Below are positions 63,426 to 64,000 of a stretch of 64,000 bases of DNA, one piece after another. This DNA is from Acidimicrobiales bacterium (GTDB lineage: Bacteria > Actinomycetota > Acidimicrobiia > Acidimicrobiales > GCA-2861595): the NCBI GenBank assembly GCA_046596195.1, contig JBKJNA010000027.1:913-64912 (forward strand), in the 5' to 3' direction. Below the pieces are notes generated by a model. The model was not told where the DNA came from, did not search any database, and saw only the letters and a list, made by a program, of their open reading frames with translations. Each line of letters opens with the position of its first letter. The first letter of the stretch is position 1. The translations under genes were made by a program, and so were the position numbers.

Positions 63426-64000
63426 GTGACCGTGACGCCGCTCGGTCGGCGGGCACTGGGCGAGTTCATCGGGACCGCCCTGCTGCTGGCGGCCGTCATC
63501 GGCTCGGGCGTCGCTGCCCAGCGGCTGTCGCCCGGCGACGTCGGCCTGCAGCTGCTCGAGAACGCGGCCGCCACTGCTGCCGCCCTGATGGCCATCATCC
63601 TCGCCATCGGGCCCGTGTCGGGAGCCCATCTCAACCCGGTGGTCACCCTGGCCGACCGCGTCTTCGGCGGGATCACCACCGGCGAGGCGGGCGTCTACGT
63701 CGGCGCCCAGGTAGCCGGTGGAGTCTTCGGTGCTGTGGTGGCCAACCTCATGTTCTCCCTGCCCGCCGTCGAACTCTCGACCAAGGTCCGCAGCTCCGGG
63801 GGCCTGTGGCTCGGGGAGGTCGTGGCCACGTTCGGGCTGCTGCTCGTCATTTTCGCCCTCGTCCGCTCCGGCCGGACCTCGTCCGCCCCCTTCGCCGTCG
63901 GCGCCTACATCGGCGGCGCCTACTTCTTCACCTCGTCCACCAGCGTGGCCAACCCGGCGGCAACGATCGCCCGTGGCCTGAGCGACAGCTTCGCCGGCAT
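63426..64000 (+). CDS. MIP-family aquaglyceroporin (AqpS/GlpF-like), 3-prime partial at the window edge
   Basis: This frame is not in the ORF track because it runs off the window. It reads GEFIGTALLL...SGAHLNPVVT (first NPx box) ...SVANPAATIAR (second NPA box). GTG at 63426, with GAGGAG upstream. Confidence 0.75.
   Translation, partial: MTVTPLGRRALGEFIGTALLLAAVIGSGVAAQRLSPGDVGLQLLENAAATAAALMAIILAIGPVSGAHLNPVVTLADRVFGGITTGEAGVYVGAQVAGGVFGAVVANLMFSLPAVELSTKVRSSGGLWLGEVVATFGLLLVIFALVRSGRTSSAPFAVGAYIGGAYFFTSSTSVANPAATIARGLSDSFAG

Overview
High-GC (about 70%) chromosomal core region of an actinobacterium. mshD (mycothiol synthase) is present, and gene order parallels two M. tuberculosis blocks, Rv1823-Rv1832 and hisD...trpA (Rv1599-Rv1613). 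A split GcvPA/PB and a separate trpF point away from Mycobacterium and Streptomyces, possibly to Acidimicrobiia; that placement is inference. I call about 70 CDS. They include alr, two LysM cell-wall hydrolases, a VapBC pair, an S8 protease/GGDEF-EAL operon, an Opp/Dpp-type ABC importer with no ATPase gene, and a tyrosine recombinase. They also include gcvT-PA-PB, the conserved MerR/BFN/MerR/FHA/gcvH/DUF881 cell-division-linked block, bcp, a DEAD-box helicase and ftsH. The trp genes (trpE...trpC-F-B-A) and his genes (hisD-C-B-H-A-F...hisI) are each interrupted by small foreign-looking modules. The right end carries nth, mshD, rlmN and an ArsR-ArsI-aquaglyceroporin module that is cut by the window edge. 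I found no rRNA, tRNA, CRISPR array, transposase or phage structural genes. Most long alternative-frame ORFs in the track are high-GC artefacts. The most unusual content is non-coding, in six groups. (1) A 68-69 bp MIRU-like interspersed repeat has GTGA ends that overlap the stop and start codons of flanking genes. (2) A four-copy palindromic AAATAG-stem-CTATTT element sits at gene ends, and its arms supply stop codons. (3) A 17-bp x4 tandem array plus a dyad lies upstream of a MerR gene. (4) A MerR/nuclease-like gene junction has no usable start codon and sits one G away from an in-frame fusion. (5) A repeat-structured 100-nt spacer splits trpB from trpA. (6) Duplicated 27-bp boxes precede a divergent GroES-like gene. 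All functional calls rest on motif recognition in the translations; no database search was run.
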